Source: TPA_inf: Saccharomyces (lineage: Eukaryota). From it: a stretch of 64,000 nt of DNA. Position 1 is the first letter of the stretch, and each line of letters begins with the position of its first letter. The stretch spans positions 288,001 through 352,000 of the forward strand of contig BK006939.2 of NCBI GenBank assembly GCA_000146045.2. The letters run 5' to 3'. The notes under the pieces were generated by a model, which did not search any database, was not told the DNA's origin, and worked only from the letters and a program-made list of their open reading frames with translations. The position numbers were made by a program, and so were the translations under genes. Of the stretch, positions 1-13,616 are shown piece by piece.

Positions 1-58
1 ATGGTAATATACTAGTAATATGATTAATAGTCGATAAGTGAGTGTGAATTTTTATTCC
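1..58 (-). mobile_element. Partial Ty LTR (delta/tau-like) truncated by the window edge; its TGTTGGAATA-type terminus is near position 58.
   Basis: The reverse complement of 1-62 (TTCGGAATAAAAATTCACACTCACTTATCGACTATTAATCATATTACTAGTATATTACCAT) aligns with the 5' end of Ty1/Ty2/Ty4 LTRs (TGTTGGAATAGAAATCAACTATC...TTACTAGTATATTATCAT). It lies next to a tRNA gene, a typical Ty target. Confidence 0.45.
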
Positions 59-442
59 GAAAAATATATGACGATGATCACACTATATTTTCTAGAAATA
101 ACTTAAACCATAGTGAATAAGAATCTGTAGTGCTCCTTGAGAACTAATGAAATTGCGCTAAAAACAAACCTAGTTAACATAATGTTTAGGCCAGGAAGAA
201 TCTAAATACAAACCTTATCAGTCCCAGCGTACGCGTCATTTACATTTGCGTATTGAAAATGAAAAAAAAATAATTCATTTGAAGCACTACTATTACAAAA
301 TTTATTCCAGCCCAACATTCAGTTTGGAAGCATCAAACGGCCTTCGACCATATGAAGATATTCCAGTAAATATGGTCTCCAAGCAGTTCAACTACTTTTC
401 ATGAATGTAGCATTTTCAAGGCACCTCTAACAATAAAAAAAA

Positions 443-524
443 CGACACCAGCAGGATTTGAACCAGCGCGGGCAGAGCCCAACAGATTTCAAGTCTGTCG
501 CCTTAACCACTCGGCCATAGTGCC
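443..524 (-). tRNA. tS(UGA): tRNA-Ser, anticodon UGA, 82 nt, no intron.
   Basis: Reverse complement GGCACTATGGCCGAGTGGTTAAGGCGACAGACTTGAAATCTGTTGGGCTCTGCCCGCGCTGGTTCAAATCCTGCTGGTGTCG. The acceptor stem pairs with G:U wobbles. It has a long variable arm typical of Ser, the anticodon loop is CU-UGA-AA, and a T8 Pol III terminator follows immediately downstream (forward 435-442). Confidence 0.9.
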
Positions 525-1575
525 TATCATTATGAATTTCCCAAAAAAGAACCACTATCAGAGACATATAAAAATAAGAACACATCCACCGATATCTGTT
601 ACAATGAAACCCTAAAATATCATCCATTTGGGGTAGTATTCATGCTACCAGTATATCCTGTATGCGTAATATTATAGCCTTTTCCAACAGTGCACCCAAA
701 TATAATCACAAATCACCCAATTCTCAAATTCACTTGTTAAAATGAAAATACCAAAGCCTCATCATACCGTTCTATTGTCCATCTCCAACACAAAAGTACC
801 ATAATAATTTTCCGATTCGACACGAATACAGATAGATGGGCACATGGCAAACTTAGCTCAGTATGGGCTTGTAGGTTGTAAACGAGTCAGAAATTTCAAC
901 AATAAAAAATACATCAGATAGTGTTTCGATGTTCTTAATTACACGTGAATTATCAAAAACCATCAACATACCAGCCAACATCAGTGTAGGTGGAATAAAA
1001 CTTTCTTACCATGTACAGTAAATGGACCATGACGCCGTGCACAAGCTTATGCATAATGAGCTAAGCGGGAAGACATTTTCAAACTACGTGATAGTTCCGA
1101 CTGCCCTTTCAATTGCTAATGTAGCAATATGTTAGGAATGCAATATTCCAAAATGCTGTCTGTGTCAGTGAGAATAACAAAAACATTGAATAAACTTTTC
1201 TATGGTAATAACCACGCCAGATAAGGGCGTTGCCATCGTTTTCATTTTTTTTTTTTTTTCAAATGGTGGGGTCACCGTTGTGAAAAGAAACCTTTGATTC
1301 TCAACCATATCGGTACTCGGACTAATCACTTAAATCTTTCCAAGGGATTATCGAGAATGTCATAGTGCAAAATAATCTTAGCTTTCAATAATTTTTTCAT
1401 TTGGAGTCACACTCCCGTTAAAACCTAGTCAACGGCTTCCACTTAAAGCTATCAACAAGGGGCAATTGATTTTGCATTTTCGTCTAAATGAAAGTTGCAG
1501 CCAGCAATTTACCCGAAGTTTAAATAAATCAATGCAAACCATGTTCAACTTAAACAGCAATCGCTTTCTATTACC

Positions 1576-2799
1576 TTGGAATTATATCAGAACGTCTATC
1601 TGCGAAGCTTTAATAAAGTACTGGAAGTTGTGTCTGAAATGTCTGTTTTGGTAAATTTGTTTGATCCTGATTATACACCTCAAAGGACCACGTTAAGTGG
1701 CCATATGACGAGTGTTATTGCGTGCTTGCAAGTTGAAGATAATTATGTCATTACAGGAGGATGTGATAAAACGATCAGAGTTTATAACTTAGTAAATAAA
1801 AGATTTCTTTTACAACTATCAGGTCATGATGGTGAGGTTTGGGCATTGAAGTATGCCCATGGCGGTATTTTAGTCAGCGGTTCTACAGGCAGAACGGTGC
1901 GAGTTTGAGATATTAAGAAAGGTTGTTGTACCCATGTGTTTAAAGGTCATAACTCTACGGTGAGGTGCCTAGATATAGTAGAATATAAAAATATCAAGTA
2001 CATTGTTACTGGTTCGAGAGATAACACTTTGCACGTTTGGAAATTGCCCAAGGAGTCCTCCGTTCCTGATCATGGGGAAGAACATGATTATCCATTAGTC
2101 TTTCATACCCCTGAGGAGAACCCATATTTTGTTGGTGTTTTAAGAGGACATACGGCGACTGTAAGAACTGTCTCAGGCCACGGTAATATTGCCATTAGTG
2201 GCTCCTATGATAATACATTGATTGTGTGGGATGTTGCGCAAATGAAATGTCTATATATCTTGAGTGGACATACGGATCGTATTTATTCGACAATCTACGA
2301 TCATGAAAGAAAAAGGTGCATCTCTGCCAGTATGGATACCACTATTAGAATTTGGGATTTGGAAAATATAAGGAATAATGGAGAATGTTCCTACGCAACA
2401 AATTCAGCATCGCCATGCGCCAAAATACTTGGTGCTATGTACACTTTGCGGGGTCACAGAGCCCTAGTCGGTTTATTGGGATTATCCGATAAATTTTTAG
2501 TCAGTGCTTCTGTAGACGGTTCAATAAGGTGTTGGGACGCTAACACTTACTTTCTGAAGCACTTTTTCGATCACACGCAGTTGAATACAATCACCGCATT
2601 GCACGTTTCTGATGAGGTATTAGTGAGTGGATCTGAAGGTTTGCTCAATATTTATGATTTAAATAGTGGGCTGTTAGTCCGTTCAGATACATTGAGTGGT
2701 GCTGATAATGTTTGGAACGTTAGTTTTAAGGACAACACACTTGTGGCAGCGGTAGAACGAGACAAGCGAAATCTTTTAGAAATTTTGGACTTTAGTTGA
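1576..2799 (+). pseudogene. CDC4-derived WD40-repeat pseudogene (C-terminal WD40 domain copy). A single reading frame is interrupted by an in-frame TGA at 1906-1908, and the F-box/N-terminal region is absent.
   Basis: ORFs 1576..1908 and 1936..2799 are in the same frame (both 1 mod 3). Their translation is near-identical to the Cdc4 WD40 region (TLSGHMTSVI...LQLSGHDGEVWALKYAHGGILVSGSTGRTVRV*DIKKGCCTHVF...). Cdc4 has RTVRVWDIKKG here, so a TGG to TGA change truncates the frame. Confidence 0.75.
2242..2799 (+). CDS. RRT13: Short ORF of 185 aa starting at the first in-frame ATG after the nonsense codon. It corresponds to the annotated YER066W/RRT13, the C-terminal WD-repeat fragment of the CDC4 paralog.
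   Basis: ATG at 2242 (MKCLYILSGHTDRIY...) runs to the stop at 2799, giving 186 codons. It sits entirely inside the pseudogenised CDC4-like frame. Confidence 0.6.
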   Translation: MKCLYILSGHTDRIYSTIYDHERKRCISASMDTTIRIWDLENIRNNGECSYATNSASPCAKILGAMYTLRGHRALVGLLGLSDKFLVSASVDGSIRCWDANTYFLKHFFDHTQLNTITALHVSDEVLVSGSEGLLNIYDLNSGLLVRSDTLSGADNVWNVSFKDNTLVAAVERDKRNLLEILDFS

Positions 2800-3656
2800 A
2801 GATTGATGTGAGAATGATGCAGAACTTACCTTGTCACGTTTGGAACTCAGTTGTACTTTTTCGGTGTAAACAAATATAAAACTTTAGAATTTACATTAAT
2901 AAGTTATGTGCTATTTATTAGTTTAATATATCAACATTAATTACATGCGAGCTATGTATTATTAGCTCAATCAGCAGGACTAAAATCGAGGAAAAAGTAA
3001 TTTTGTTTATGCCCAGTTCAGTTATCGTCCATTTGTAGCAAATGTGGTACAAGTTGACCCATATTTTCATGCATTGGGCCATGCAGTAATTATCACACTC
3101 ACTTTGTCATAATGTATACAATGGCCGCTTATTTGCGACTCGTCTCATATTTTTCCTGAAACTGTAGCTGTGTGTAATATTATTCATTAACTTCGATAAT
3201 TCGGCTACAGAAGACAAGAGCTACATCCTTACTGGTGCGAATAAATGACATAATCTGTCAAGAGTACCGAAGTAAAAGCAACGATTGCCGAACACATCTT
3301 CCTGAAGTATCATATGCCAATACAAGGTTTCAATAGGAATTATGAAAGCGGCATTATCACCCTTAATCTGAAATATGTAATGATGACGGTGCAGTATGTT
3401 GACTACATTGTAAAGTTGCACTTTCACTCAACTCATGAAATTGATGACATTAATCCTACGTGACTTACACATATGCCATGAACGAAGAAGGTGGCACCAA
3501 AAATCCAGCGTTTCCGATATACACGCAGTCAAATGTTCAGACTAAACTTTGGTATTCTGACAACGTGTTGTCATACCTGTTACGAGCCAGAAACGTATTT
3601 CTTTTTGGGTGATACAATCTCCAGATGACTGCTTTTTTTTTTTTTACCCCAGATTC

Positions 3657-3852
3657 AGGGGCCGAAGGAACGGAAATGCGGTGTGGCGAGATTGCGGATG
3701 TGCTAAAAAATAATATCCTCGAGGCAACCAGCATAATGTGGACGGCTCTCGGCAATTGACTTCCATAACAAATGCATCCTGTAATCAGGGGTATTATAAG
3801 TTACTGTATGGTTAATTAAATATAGAATGAAAGGGGCAGCGTTCTTAAGGGG
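3657..3852. promoter_or_regulatory. Cluster of four STRE (AGGGG) Msn2/Msn4 elements upstream of RGI1.
   Basis: AGGGG at 3657-3661, 3787-3791, 3832-3836 and 3848-3852, located 215-410 bp upstream of the RGI1 ATG. Confidence 0.55.
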
Positions 3853-4065
3853 TATTGCTGGGTGGAAAAATACAAGTGTCTTTACTTGATTGTGTGCACA
3901 TATATAAGGCAAAAGATTTCTAGCGTATATTTGAATCTTTTGTTCTTCCACGTTCAAATTTCTTTGGTCAAAACATTTCATAAAGGGACAAGTTCTGCAT
4001 TGTATTCTAATAATTGCCCATAGAACATATAAATTAGGTATCGACTGTTTTCGTCTCCACTTTAA

Positions 4066-4551
4066 ATGACAAAGAAGGATAAGAAGGAAGTAAAAGTTCA
4101 AACGGTTACCACGGAGGATGGTGAAACCGTGAAAGTTTTTGAAGACCTGCAGGGTTTTGAAACTTTCATTGCCAATGAAACTGAAGATGATGATTTCGAT
4201 CATTTGCACTGTAAATTAAATTACTACCCACCATTTGTGCTACACGAGTCGCACGAGGACCCTGAAAAAATTAGTGATGCTGCAAATTCTCATTCTAAGA
4301 AGTTCGTGCGTCACCTGCACCAGCATATTGAAAAGCATCTTTTGAAAGATATTAAGCAAGCCGTTAGGAAACCTGAGCTTAAATTTCACGAAAAATCGAA
4401 GGAAGAGACATTTGATAAAATCACCTGGCATTACGGTGAGGAAACTGAATACCATGGTAGACCTTTCAAGATAGACGTTCAAGTAGTTTGCACACATGAA
4501 GATGCTATGGTATTTGTCGATTACAAAACACATCCTGTAGGCGCAAATTAA
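4066..4551 (+). CDS. RGI1: RGI1, respiratory growth induced protein, 161 aa.
   Basis: ATG-initiated 161-aa ORF (MTKKDKKEVKVQTVTTEDGETVKVFEDLQGFETF...) that matches Rgi1 exactly in length and sequence. Confidence 0.9.
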   Translation: MTKKDKKEVKVQTVTTEDGETVKVFEDLQGFETFIANETEDDDFDHLHCKLNYYPPFVLHESHEDPEKISDAANSHSKKFVRHLHQHIEKHLLKDIKQAVRKPELKFHEKSKEETFDKITWHYGEETEYHGRPFKIDVQVVCTHEDAMVFVDYKTHPVGAN

Positions 4552-5049
4552 AGGTTGTGTCATAGAGAATGTGTTAGTACTGAATCCTAACCTCCCAAAT
4601 TCATAAGTAGTTTTATGTACCTTTAATGATTTACGATTAGCAACTTTTTGAATTTTTTTTATTGAAATGTTGAGCCCGAAGACGTGAAACGCTATAAAGT
4701 AGTATCACTGTTACGCCGCGAAACCTGATAATGTATTGTTAAACTACTACCTGGTCGATGATTATATCGACGCTTCTAAAATGAATGCTATTACCCGAAC
4801 TTCCACTTGATTGCCGTCTCTTCCCGGGTAACATTGTAAGTGTGAATATGATTTTTTTTTTTGCTTTCTCTTTTCAAAATTTCCGAAAAGCATATCAAGA
4901 CGTGTACTACATACAGTAAAAGCCCTCCTAGGGTTTTCAGTAGTGGTTCGAATAGTATAGATTACTGCTTTTGTTACTCTGCAACAATCCCAAAACTTAA
5001 TAAAAAGTACAAAAGACCAAATAAAAGTATCGTATATAATCCAGTCATA

Positions 5050-6813
5050 ATGATGAATCCACACGTTCAAGAAAATTTGCAAGCAATCCACAACGCCTTA
5101 AGCAATTTTGATACGTCATTTTTATCGGAGGATGAAGAAGATTATTGCCCTCTTTGTATTGAACCAATGGATATTACTGATAAAAATTTTTTTCCTTGTC
5201 CCTGTGGTTATCAAATTTGTCAATTTTGCTACAATAATATCAGACAAAATCCAGAATTAAATGGCCGTTGCCCAGCATGTCGTCGTAAATATGATGACGA
5301 GAACGTCAGATACGTCACATTATCTCCGGAGGAGTTAAAAATGGAGAGAGCCAAGCTCGCTAGGAAGGAGAAAGAAAGAAAGCATAGAGAAAAAGAACGT
5401 AAAGAGAATGAATATACGAATAGGAAACATTTATCTGGTACCAGAGTTATCCAAAAGAATTTAGTGTACGTTGTTGGCATCAATCCTCCTGTTCCATACG
5501 AGGAAGTTGCGCCCACTCTGAAATCTGAAAAATATTTTGGCCAATATGGTAAGATAAATAAGATTGTGGTTAATAGAAAAACACCCCATTCTAACAACAC
5601 AACCAGCGAGCATTATCACCATCATTCACCAGGATATGGCGTTTACATAACCTTCGGATCCAAGGACGATGCTGCAAGATGTATAGCTCAGGTAGACGGG
5701 ACGTATATGGATGGCCGCCTGATCAAAGCTGCCTACGGTACTACTAAATACTGTTCTTCTTATTTAAGAGGATTGCCATGCCCAAATCCCAACTGTATGT
5801 TTTTGCATGAACCTGGTGAAGAAGCTGATTCTTTTAATAAAAGAGAACTCCACAATAAACAACAAGCGCAACAGCAAAGTGGCGGAACTGCATTCACTAG
5901 ATCTGGAATACACAACAATATATCTACCAGTACCGCTGGTTCAAATACCAATTTACTAAGTGAAAATTTCACAGGCACACCTTCACCGGCGGCGATGAGG
6001 GCTCAGTTACATCATGACAGCCATACAAACGCTGGAACACCGGTATTAACACCTGCTCCGGTCCCTGCAGGGTCAAATCCTTGGGGAGTTACTCAATCAG
6101 CAACACCTGTAACCTCTATCAATCTCTCTAAAAACAGCAGCTCCATAAACTTGCCAACATTAAATGATTCTCTGGGCCATCATACTACCCCCACAACAGA
6201 GAATACCATCACAAGTACGACAACTACTACCAATACCAATGCTACAAGTCACTCCCATGGTAGCAAGAAGAAGCAATCTCTTGCTGCAGAGGAATACAAA
6301 GATCCTTATGACGCACTAGGGAATGCTGTTGACTTTTTGGATGCAAGACTACATTCTCTATCAAATTATCAGAAGCGCCCTATATCTATCAAATCCAATA
6401 TTATTGACGAAGAAACTTATAAAAAGTATCCGTCTTTGTTTTCTTGGGACAAGATTGAGGCCTCAAAGAAAAGTGACAATACATTAGCCAACAAACTTGT
6501 GGAGATCCTGGCTATAAAGCCAATAGACTACACTGCTTCTGTCGTTCAATTCTTGCAGAGTGTCAATGTTGGTGTAAATGACAATATTACAATCACAGAT
6601 AATACGAAAACTCCCACCCAACCAATAAGACTGCAAACCGTCTCACAGCAAATCCAACCACCATTAAACGTCAGTACCCCTCCACCGGGTATCTTTGGTC
6701 CACAACATAAGGTTCCTATTCAGCAGCAACAAATGGGTGATACAAGCTCAAGAAATTCCTCTGATTTACTAAATCAACTAATCAACGGAAGGAAAATTAT
6801 CGCCGGTAATTAA
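5050..6813 (+). CDS. MOT2: MOT2/NOT4, the CCR4-NOT complex E3 ubiquitin ligase, 587 aa, with a RING finger and an RRM.
   Basis: The track ORF begins at a TTG at 4861; the first ATG is at 5050 (MMNPHVQENLQAIH...). It carries a C4C4 RING (CPLCIEPMD...CPCGYQICQFC...CPACRRKY), an RRM (LVYVVGINPP...) and a Q/S/T-rich tail. Confidence 0.93.
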   Translation: MMNPHVQENLQAIHNALSNFDTSFLSEDEEDYCPLCIEPMDITDKNFFPCPCGYQICQFCYNNIRQNPELNGRCPACRRKYDDENVRYVTLSPEELKMERAKLARKEKERKHREKERKENEYTNRKHLSGTRVIQKNLVYVVGINPPVPYEEVAPTLKSEKYFGQYGKINKIVVNRKTPHSNNTTSEHYHHHSPGYGVYITFGSKDDAARCIAQVDGTYMDGRLIKAAYGTTKYCSSYLRGLPCPNPNCMFLHEPGEEADSFNKRELHNKQQAQQQSGGTAFTRSGIHNNISTSTAGSNTNLLSENFTGTPSPAAMRAQLHHDSHTNAGTPVLTPAPVPAGSNPWGVTQSATPVTSINLSKNSSSINLPTLNDSLGHHTTPTTENTITSTTTTTNTNATSHSHGSKKKQSLAAEEYKDPYDALGNAVDFLDARLHSLSNYQKRPISIKSNIIDEETYKKYPSLFSWDKIEASKKSDNTLANKLVEILAIKPIDYTASVVQFLQSVNVGVNDNITITDNTKTPTQPIRLQTVSQQIQPPLNVSTPPPGIFGPQHKVPIQQQQMGDTSSRNSSDLLNQLINGRKIIAGN

Positions 6814-7186
6814 TCCGACTCTAAATATTTTTCTTGTTTGCATTAACCATAATTTTATCTATTTTTATTTCTCATGAATATATAATCTCTCCGTTTATAA
6901 CGAAATGCAAGAAAAAAAAATCTCACCCATTTTTTTAAACCTTTGACGTGGAAAGGTATCTGGGAAAGGTATCTGGCTAATGAATAATGCCATAGCATAT
7001 ACCAGTATAGTCTATTTACTCGTTACAACGTATGAAAGCGTCAGCGCTGCAAGAATGACTAATTCATAGAAAATAATCATCATGATATATATCATAATGC
7101 ACGGAACCTGCTTCGCTAATTTTTTCACTTAAATCACATTTTTTCAACGAAATCTCTTGCGCAGTTGGTTGGAATTCTTATCCGAA

Positions 7187-7238
7187 TGACTCAGTCTACA
7201 TCAAAAAACTGTGGCCGAATGGTGGTAATTGATGACTC
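7187..7238. promoter_or_regulatory. Gcn4 response elements (TGACTCA and TGACTC) upstream of ARG5,6.
   Basis: TGACTCA at 7187-7193 and TGACTC at 7233-7238, about 170-220 bp upstream of the ARG5,6 ATG. Confidence 0.5.
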
Positions 7239-7397
7239 TTCTATTTTTTTTTTTCATATAAAGAGCTTGCGCGCGTGTTGTTGTTCGCTATCCATTTCCA
7301 TTAGGAACATTTTTGGATATTATTTTTCAGACCCGTAATATACTTAACACATATACCACTAAAGGCAAAAGAAAGAGAGATCTGAAGTGAGAAATAA

Positions 7398-10001
<2,604 letters not shown>

Positions 10002-10457
10002 TCACTGTGTATAGTAGATCTGCAGCTCAGTCACATGAGACATTAACGTATATAAATATATAAATATATATATATCCATTAAATAACGAAGTAGGACATG
10101 GTCTAAAAATAGTGCTTCTCATGTATTGATTTTGAGTAGCCATAAGAATAATTATTGATTTCAAGATCTTTGATCTCCTTACATCCAAAATTATAATACC
10201 ACTTTATGGTATCACGACATCACCACAACAGAGAAGGATTGCCGCATTTGGATATCGTAAACAAAGGCGTTACCATAGAAATGTACTGATTGGCAGAATT
10301 ACTCTTCAGGAGAATCTTTCATACAAAGGAATTCCATTGGGGAAAATCTCGTTACCAAGTCAATGCTGAACTTTCTATGGCCTTTGTTTACTATCGTTAA
10401 TTATTTTACGACCACTTCTGGGTAGAAATATTTCGTAGCCCTGGAACGAGCTTGTTT

Positions 10458-10649
10458 ACGCGTTTTATCCCATTATATGGCACCCAAATCAAATTTAAAA
10501 AGAAAAAACGCGTAAACAGTGTCGGGTAAGTTCATCCTCTGTTACTTTAATTGCTTCTTTTTTTGAAATTCTAAGTAAACGCGTCATTTTGATCCTCAGG
10601 ACACAGAAATCCTTGCAGAATCTTATTGGGTGTTGAATAGAGGACGCGT
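10458..10649. promoter_or_regulatory. Four MCB (MluI cell-cycle box, ACGCGT) elements upstream of RNR1, which is MBF-regulated at G1/S.
   Basis: ACGCGT at 10458-10463, 10508-10513, 10579-10584 and 10644-10649. Three of them carry the extended AACGCGTAAA context. Confidence 0.7.
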
Positions 10650-10949
10650 AAAAACGATATGGAAATTTTTTTCATATAGTGTAGAAAGAATAGGTTGGCG
10701 TAGGTAGTTTCGTGTTTGATAGAAACCTCCAACAAAGTCTGCAGCTCACGTTTTAGAATAACAAGTTTAGAGTTTATCTTGTTGCCTTTGTTAAGTCAGT
10801 ACCATTGAATAAAAATTATATAAAGGAGCTAATATTTCATTGTTGGAAAATTACTCTACCATAATTGAAGCATATCTCATCCTTTTCATCCTTTTCAACG
10901 CAAGAGAGACACCAACGAACAACACTTTATTTGTTGATATATTAACATC

Positions 10950-13616
10950 ATGTACGTTTATAAAAGAGACGGTCGTAAAGAACCTGTCCAATTCGATAAG
11001 ATTACCGCTCGTATATCACGCTTATGCTATGGTTTAGATCCAAAACATATCGACGCCGTTAAGGTCACCCAACGTATCATTTCTGGTGTCTATGAAGGTG
11101 TCACAACAATCGAACTAGACAACTTAGCCGCTGAAACATGCGCTTATATGACTACTGTTCATCCAGATTACGCCACCCTAGCGGCCAGAATTGCCATTTC
11201 TAATTTACATAAACAAACCACAAAACAATTTTCTAAGGTTGTCGAAGATCTTTATAGATACGTCAATGCTGCTACTGGTAAGCCCGCTCCCATGATCTCT
11301 GATGATGTCTACAATATTGTCATGGAAAACAAGGATAAATTGAACTCCGCAATTGTCTATGACAGAGATTTTCAGTACAGTTATTTTGGTTTTAAAACTT
11401 TGGAACGTTCTTATTTACTAAGAATCAACGGTCAAGTGGCCGAACGTCCACAACATTTAATTATGAGAGTCGCACTAGGCATCCACGGTAGAGATATCGA
11501 GGCTGCTTTAGAAACGTATAACTTGATGTCTCTAAAATATTTTACTCACGCCTCTCCAACGTTGTTCAATGCCGGTACTCCAAAACCTCAAATGTCCTCT
11601 TGTTTCTTGGTTGCCATGAAGGAGGACTCTATCGAGGGGATTTACGACACCTTGAAGGAATGTGCTTTGATTTCCAAAACTGCTGGTGGTATTGGTCTAC
11701 ATATCCATAACATTCGTTCAACTGGTTCTTACATTGCTGGTACAAACGGTACTTCTAACGGTTTAATTCCTATGATTCGTGTTTTCAATAACACTGCCCG
11801 TTATGTTGACCAGGGTGGTAATAAAAGACCTGGTGCGTTTGCCCTTTACCTGGAACCATGGCATGCTGATATATTTGATTTTATTGATATTAGGAAGAAC
11901 CACGGTAAAGAGGAAATTCGTGCAAGAGATTTGTTCCCTGCTCTATGGATTCCTGATCTTTTCATGAAGCGTGTCGAAGAAAATGGGACCTGGACATTAT
12001 TCTCTCCAACATCAGCTCCTGGTTTAAGCGATTGTTACGGTGACGAGTTTGAGGCTCTATATACCCGCTACGAGAAAGAAGGTCGTGGTAAGACTATCAA
12101 AGCCCAAAAATTATGGTATTCCATTTTGGAAGCTCAAACTGAAACTGGTACACCTTTCGTTGTTTACAAGGATGCTTGTAACAGAAAATCTAATCAAAAA
12201 AACTTAGGTGTCATCAAGTCATCAAACTTATGCTGTGAAATTGTTGAATACTCAGCTCCAGATGAAACTGCTGTTTGTAACTTGGCTTCCGTTGCCTTAC
12301 CAGCATTCATTGAAACTTCTGAGGATGGTAAGACTTCCACATACAACTTCAAAAAATTACATGAAATTGCTAAAGTTGTTACTCGTAATTTAAACAGAGT
12401 CATTGATCGTAATTACTACCCTGTTGAAGAAGCGAGAAAATCCAATATGAGACATAGACCAATTGCTTTGGGTGTTCAAGGTCTCGCTGACACTTTCATG
12501 CTGTTACGTTTGCCATTTGATTCTGAGGAAGCCCGTTTGCTAAATATCCAAATCTTTGAAACTATTTATCATGCCTCCATGGAAGCTTCTTGTGAACTAG
12601 CTCAGAAGGACGGTCCATACGAAACTTTCCAAGGATCTCCTGCTTCTCAAGGTATACTACAGTTTGATATGTGGGACCAAAAACCCTACGGCATGTGGGA
12701 TTGGGACACCTTAAGAAAAGATATCATGAAGCATGGTGTTAGAAATTCCTTGACCATGGCACCAATGCCTACTGCATCCACATCCCAAATATTGGGTTAT
12801 AATGAATGTTTCGAACCAGTCACTTCCAATATGTACTCCCGTCGTGTCTTATCCGGTGAATTCCAGGTTGTGAACCCTTACTTACTGCGTGACTTGGTTG
12901 ATTTAGGTATTTGGGATGAGGGTATGAAACAGTATCTGATTACACAAAATGGCTCCATTCAAGGCTTACCAAACGTTCCACAAGAATTGAAGGACTTATA
13001 CAAGACTGTTTGGGAAATTTCACAAAAGACTATCATTAACATGGCAGCCGATCGTTCTGTCTATATTGATCAATCTCATTCTTTGAATTTGTTCTTACGT
13101 GCCCCAACTATGGGTAAACTAACAAGTATGCATTTTTACGGATGGAAGAAGGGATTGAAGACCGGTATGTACTATTTGAGAACCCAAGCTGCATCTGCTG
13201 CAATTCAATTTACTATTGATCAGAAGATTGCGGATCAAGCTACAGAAAACGTTGCTGATATTTCCAACTTGAAGCGTCCATCATATATGCCTTCCAGTGC
13301 AAGCTACGCTGCCAGCGATTTCGTGCCCGCAGCTGTGACTGCAAACGCAACTATTCCATCTCTAGATAGCTCCTCGGAAGCTTCAAGAGAGGCATCTCCA
13401 GCTCCAACAGGTAGCCACTCATTAACTAAAGGAATGGCAGAATTAAACGTTCAAGAGTCTAAGGTAGAAGTTCCTGAAGTACCTGCCCCAACTAAGAATG
13501 AAGAAAAAGCTGCCCCCATCGTTGATGATGAGGAAACCGAGTTCGACATTTACAACTCTAAGGTTATAGCATGTGCTATTGATAACCCAGAAGCTTGTGA
13601 AATGTGTTCGGGTTAA
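10950..13616 (+). CDS. RNR1: RNR1, ribonucleotide reductase large subunit, 888 aa.
   Basis: 888-aa ORF with an ATP-cone N-terminus ([22 protein letters not shown]...) and class I RNR alpha catalytic motifs. The length is exact. Confidence 0.96.

Noticed and set aside
427-627. 66-aa minus-strand ORF from the track.
   Set aside because: It sits directly on top of the tRNA-Ser gene and its flank. It is an artefact of an open frame through structured RNA sequence.
540-1460. Possible additional LTR (sigma/tau) remnants between tRNA-Ser and the CDC4-like pseudogene.
   Set aside because: I looked for sigma and delta terminal motifs 16-20 bp upstream of the tRNA and throughout. I found no convincing TGTTG...CA-bounded segment. 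The region is AT-rich intergenic sequence of unclear origin.
3703-4209. 168-aa minus ORF overlapping the RGI1 promoter and start; also 4240..4563 (-), 4762..5091 (-), 5229..5600 (-), 5760..5978 (-).
   Set aside because: They are antisense to, or overlap, well-supported conserved genes and their promoters. They show no recognisable protein features and match the dubious-ORF pattern.
4861-5049. N-terminal extension of the MOT2 ORF (650 aa in the track).
   Set aside because: The extension begins at a TTG, not an ATG. The first ATG at 5050 gives the canonical 587-aa Not4. The same applies to the GTG/TTG extensions of TDA2, GET2, YER085C, ILV1, AIM10, DOT6, TRP2 and TSC11.
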